A stretch of DNA of 64,000 nt from Pirellulales bacterium. Its GTDB lineage: Bacteria > Planctomycetota > Planctomycetia > Pirellulales > Lacipirellulaceae. The notes beneath the pieces are model-generated. The model did no database searches. It was given only the letters and a program-made list of their open reading frames with translations, and was not told the origin of the DNA. The position numbers and the translations under genes are program-made. The number at the start of each line of letters is the position of its first letter. Position 1 is the stretch's first letter. The DNA lies in assembly GCA_040901765.1 (NCBI GenBank), contig JBBDYG010000071.1, forward strand, positions 44,645-108,644, given 5' to 3'. Shown one piece after another: positions 60,315 through 64,000 of the stretch.

Positions 60315-61406
60315 TCATGTAACCGCACGTGCATAACGAGCGCCGCTGTAGACGATTCCGGCCGAGCGCGCTAATGCCTCACTACACGCGCGGCTGACCA
60401 TGTCGACGGTAATTGCCCGCATCGCGAGGTTGTCAGCCGTGCGGCGTTTGCGCGATGAGCCGTCGTCGTAGTAAGCCTGCAAACGTACATTGTTAGTGCC
60501 GTAGGCTCCGCACCATTCGGCTCGGCTAACGCCATGTAGGCTGACCGTGGGCACGCCCACCGCGACGGCCAAGTGCATCGGTCCGGTGTCCGAGCCGACA
60601 AAGAGCGCGGCCCGCCGGGTCACCGCAGCCAGTTGCCGCAGCGACGTTGCTGGCGCAAGCACCGCGTGACCGCCACTGGAATCGACGATTCGCTCGGCGA
60701 GAGGCAGCTCGTCCGCACCGCCCCACAATGCCAGGCTGGCCAGCCCGTGATGCCGTGCAAGCTGCTGCGCCAGCGCGCCATACCGTTCGGCGGGCCAGAG
60801 CTTCGAGGGCCATCCAGCGCCGGGGTTTAGCACCACAAACTTACCGAGCGCGAGGCCCATGTCCTCCAGCGTCTCCGCGGCAAAGTCCGCTTCATCCTCT
60901 CGTTCCGGCAGATCGAAGCGCACTTGCGGCGAGCTAATTCCCAACGGCTCCAGAAGGCCTAAATAATGCTCAATCACATGCCTTGCCGCGACCGGCGTCA
61001 GCACGTTGTTGAACCACTTGCTCAATTCGCGGCCATTCCTGCCGGCAGCGCCAAGCCGACGAGGCGCCCCACTGAGCCATGCTACCAGAGCGCTCTTCGT
61101 GAGGCACTGCAGATCCACGGTCGTATCAAACCGGTACTCGCGCAGCTTCCGGCGAAGCTGTCGCACCTGAGTCAAGGATCTCCACCAGCCGCGCGGTAGG
61201 AGAACCACTTGGTCGAGTGCCGGGTGCCCTTCCAATAATTCGGCCGACCGGCCTTCCACGATCCAAGTGATGAACGCGCGCGGAAACGCATCGCGCAAAG
61301 CATTCAGCGCCGGCAAGCCGTGGATCACATCGCCGATCGCACTCAGGCGGACCAGCAAAATTCGTTCGGGCGCGGGCGTCAAGTGATCGGGGCTAAACAG
61401 TCGCAT
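60315..61406 (-). CDS. glycosyltransferase family 9 (LPS heptosyltransferase-like)
   Basis: RILLVRLSAIGDVIHGLPALNALR N-terminal signature and a C-terminal GxDTGPMHLA block. Confidence 0.8.
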   Translation of the reverse strand: MRLFSPDHLTPAPERILLVRLSAIGDVIHGLPALNALRDAFPRAFITWIVEGRSAELLEGHPALDQVVLLPRGWWRSLTQVRQLRRKLREYRFDTTVDLQCLTKSALVAWLSGAPRRLGAAGRNGRELSKWFNNVLTPVAARHVIEHYLGLLEPLGISSPQVRFDLPEREDEADFAAETLEDMGLALGKFVVLNPGAGWPSKLWPAERYGALAQQLARHHGLASLALWGGADELPLAERIVDSSGGHAVLAPATSLRQLAAVTRRAALFVGSDTGPMHLAVAVGVPTVSLHGVSRAEWCGAYGTNNVRLQAYYDDGSSRKRRTADNLAMRAITVDMVSRACSEALARSAGIVYSGARYARAVT

Positions 61407-61513
61407 AGGCGCACTTTATTGGGAGGGCGCGGCAGGATCAGGCATCCTAGTCAAATCGCGGCGATTTCCAAAGGTGAAATTGCGCGCCCCGCAGCAGCTA
61501 GCATCGCAACTGA

Positions 61514-62890
61514 TCACGCTTTCCAAACATTCACCGCGTGCGGTGCCGCCTTGTGCGTGGCGTTGCGGGTATCGACGACCAGCCGCGAGTGCTGAACCAC
61601 CATTTCCCAATCGAACGCCGAATGATCGGTTGCAATCAGCGTGCAATCGAGCGCGGCCAAGTAGCTTGGCGTCAACGCCTCCGTCGCCAGTCGCGGCACG
61701 TCGAAATGGCGCATCTGGGGCAGCACGGGCACATGAGGATCGCAATAGCTAATCACCGCCCCTTGGCGACCCAACAATTCCATCAGCTTGAATGACGGGC
61801 TTTCTCGCGGATCGTCGATGTCGCGCTTATACGCCACCCCCAAAATGCCGATCTTGCTGCCGCGAACAGGCTTGGCATGGCTGTTCAGGGCCTCCGCCAC
61901 GCGGCCGACCACGTACTGCGGCATACGAGCGTTGATTTCGCCGGAAAGCTCAATAAACTTCGCCGGAAATTCGTGTTTTCGAGCCACCCACGACAGATAA
62001 AACGGGTCGATCGGGATACAGTGTCCGCCCAAACCAGGCCCCGGATAAAACGCCTGAAAGCCGAATGGCTTCGTCTTGGCCGCTTCGATCACCTCCCACA
62101 CGTCGATTCCCAATCGCGCGAAGAGCATCTTCAACTCGTTGATCATCGCGATGTTCACGCTGCGATAGATGTTCTCCAGGATCTTACACGCCTCGGCCAC
62201 TTCGCAACTCGATACCGGCACGACCGTCGCAATCGCCTGCGAATAGAATTCGGCGGCCAGTTGCAGGCTTGTCGGGTCGAGCCCTCCTACCACCTTGGGA
62301 ATCGTTCCTGCCGTGTGATTCGCATTGCCCGGATCTTCACGTTCCGGACTGAAGGCCACGAAGAAGTCGCGCCCCGGGGTGAGTCCCGACTCAGCCAGCA
62401 GCGGAGTTACCACATCGCGTGTAGTGCCGGGATAGGTGGTGCTTTCCAGAATCACAAGCTGACCCGGCCGCAGCGCCTTGGCGATCGCTCGAGCTGTCGC
62501 CTCGATGTACTGCAAGTCGGGATCGCGGTTGTCCGTTAGCGGAGTGGGGACGCAGATCAGAATAACGTCCGGTTCGGCTAACTCCGCCATATTGTTGCTT
62601 GCGCGAAATCGCCGCGAGTGCAGCCAACGGGCGATCGTCGTTGCCGGAATGTGGCCGATGTACGATTCTCCGCGGTTAAGCTGCTCGACTTTGCCCGCAT
62701 CGGTGTCGAAACCAATGACGTGCAGACCGGCTGCAACATAGGCGTCCACAAGCGGCAGGCCGACATAGCCGAGACCGATGATGCCCACGCAGATCTCCCG
62801 TCGGCGGATACGCTCGGCGAGTTGGTTTGCGGAAGCTAAGCCAGCGATGGGAACCGCGTCAGACAAAGTTGTTCTCGTTAGATGCTTCAC
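61514..62890 (-). CDS. nucleotide-sugar dehydrogenase (UDP-glucose/GDP-mannose dehydrogenase family, WecC-like)
   Basis: ICVGIIGLGYVGLPLV Rossmann motif and a catalytic Cys block. Start proposed at GTG 62890, which overlaps the upstream TGA (GTGA coupling). The track ATG 62962 sits inside an RBS-like GGAAGGAG. Confidence 0.75.
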   Translation of the reverse strand: MKHLTRTTLSDAVPIAGLASANQLAERIRRREICVGIIGLGYVGLPLVDAYVAAGLHVIGFDTDAGKVEQLNRGESYIGHIPATTIARWLHSRRFRASNNMAELAEPDVILICVPTPLTDNRDPDLQYIEATARAIAKALRPGQLVILESTTYPGTTRDVVTPLLAESGLTPGRDFFVAFSPEREDPGNANHTAGTIPKVVGGLDPTSLQLAAEFYSQAIATVVPVSSCEVAEACKILENIYRSVNIAMINELKMLFARLGIDVWEVIEAAKTKPFGFQAFYPGPGLGGHCIPIDPFYLSWVARKHEFPAKFIELSGEINARMPQYVVGRVAEALNSHAKPVRGSKIGILGVAYKRDIDDPRESPSFKLMELLGRQGAVISYCDPHVPVLPQMRHFDVPRLATEALTPSYLAALDCTLIATDHSAFDWEMVVQHSRLVVDTRNATHKAAPHAVNVWKA

Positions 62891-63975
62891 CGCTGCTTCC
62901 GCCGCACCAGATCGCCGATGGCACGTCGCCAGAATGCAAACGGAGCTAGATACTCCTTCCAAATCGAGCGATTACTCCGCTGAATCTCCTGATAGGTTTC
63001 CGGCGTGAGCGCGGCGTGATATTCTCGAATGCGCGCGGGAACTCGCCGAAAATCACGCGGCTCGATCCACACGCATTGTCGCTTCCAATCGACGACATCG
63101 CTCGCAGGCAGCAAGGAGTCCGTATTCAAGAACACCGGAATCCTACCGAGGCATAGCGTTTCGTAGAGGCGATACGACCAGTTCCCCGCGCCGCGAATGC
63201 ACAGTACGTAGTCGGAATCGGCGATGCTCTGGATATAGCGCTCTCTTAACTCGTCGCGCTCGGTCGGTTGTCGGGCAAAACGTGCTAGTTCGAAATGCGT
63301 CGTAACTTGGGGATCGCTCTGGCATTGCTTCAGGGCAGCTCGCCGCAGCGCAGCTCCTGAATGCCGTTCCTTCCAATAGTTGCGGAGACGCCAAAACATC
63401 TCTGCCAATGAACCGCGGCCGAGATTTCCGCAAAAACTTACCGTAGGTCGGTCTGCATATCCGCGAAACGTCAGATCCCGCCCAACGGCGAGGTCGTCGA
63501 TAACTGCTGGGTGAGGAAACTCACAATGTGTTTTCCGCGAAGCGAGCACCGCTTCTTGAAACACGACGCCGTGGCGAAGATGCACTGAAGGAGGATGGTC
63601 GTTGTTGCGGAAAAACACGCATGGCACGTTGCGCCCTTGGGCCTGTTCTTCGATGTTCCGCGTTGTCGCTGATTCGAGAAACAGATGAGGGTACACCACT
63701 AGATCGGATTCACCGAGGGATTGAACTCGTTCGAAAACCGTTTGCACCCTGCCTGCCAACTCCTCCCATGATCCGGGGCGAGTAAATACATAACCGCCAT
63801 GCGGATTTTTTCCCAATCCGCACGCATGAGCCAGCGGAACGGGCCGCTGCCGCTCGTCGAAGCCGGGAAAGAAGATGCGGAGCTTCGCCGCCGGCGTTCG
63901 AGCGGTCGGTTCGAGACCGAGATCGCATTCACTCGTCTCCACAATCGCCGTTCTCGCCACTTGGTTTCGGAGCAT
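62887..63975 (-). CDS. exostosin-like glycosyltransferase (GT47-like)
   Basis: DYVLCIRGAGNWSYRLYETLCLGRIPVF resembles the exostosin C-terminal signature. Confidence 0.55.
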   Translation of the reverse strand: MLRNQVARTAIVETSECDLGLEPTARTPAAKLRIFFPGFDERQRPVPLAHACGLGKNPHGGYVFTRPGSWEELAGRVQTVFERVQSLGESDLVVYPHLFLESATTRNIEEQAQGRNVPCVFFRNNDHPPSVHLRHGVVFQEAVLASRKTHCEFPHPAVIDDLAVGRDLTFRGYADRPTVSFCGNLGRGSLAEMFWRLRNYWKERHSGAALRRAALKQCQSDPQVTTHFELARFARQPTERDELRERYIQSIADSDYVLCIRGAGNWSYRLYETLCLGRIPVFLNTDSLLPASDVVDWKRQCVWIEPRDFRRVPARIREYHAALTPETYQEIQRSNRSIWKEYLAPFAFWRRAIGDLVRRKQR

Positions 63976-64000
63976 TGTCTAGCAACCGTTTGTTGACGAA

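Overview
High-GC (~62%) chromosomal segment that looks Planctomycetota-like. Evidence: three paralogous DUF1559 proteins with a prepilin-type N-terminal methylation motif and an H-X9-DG C-terminus, PEP-CTERM and dockerin-like secreted proteins, and few Shine-Dalgarno sites. I can support about 55 protein-coding genes and no rRNA, tRNA or CRISPR. Core housekeeping genes: mutS, aspS, dapL (LL-DAP aminotransferase), hemW, queD, fliG, a NIF3-family gene, an HMBD/TRASH-type Cu-ATPase copA, an MsbA-like ABC exporter, an NfeD-flotillin operon, a four-gene MacAB-TolC-like efflux operon, and an envelope-glycan cluster (GT2, GT9, GT47, nucleotide-sugar dehydrogenase). Accessory content is dense: five type II toxin-antitoxin-like pairs (DUF104-PIN, a frameshifted BrnT-like toxin with an HTH partner, HicAB, and two DUF433-DUF5615 pairs), two lower-GC islets, an Mrr-like nuclease and a frameshifted convergent gene. 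The most unusual signals are non-coding repeat families that the gene calls do not explain. (1) Four MITE-like palindromic elements, 100-215 bp, built from helically phased TTAGCG and CACGGATG hexamer/octamer triplets. (2) A REP-like hairpin family (GCCGTCGCAC-CAC-GTGCGACGGC) at five loci, including an in-frame copy inside mutS. (3) A second in-frame hairpin insertion in mutS just before the Walker A motif. (4) 7-bp-period tandem arrays (AATCCCA / AATCCGC / ATTGCAA) abutting the start codons of three unrelated genes. (5) A shared 5' motif upstream of two efflux transporter genes. All calls come from reading the sequence and the supplied ORF track; family assignments rest on remembered motifs, not database searches.
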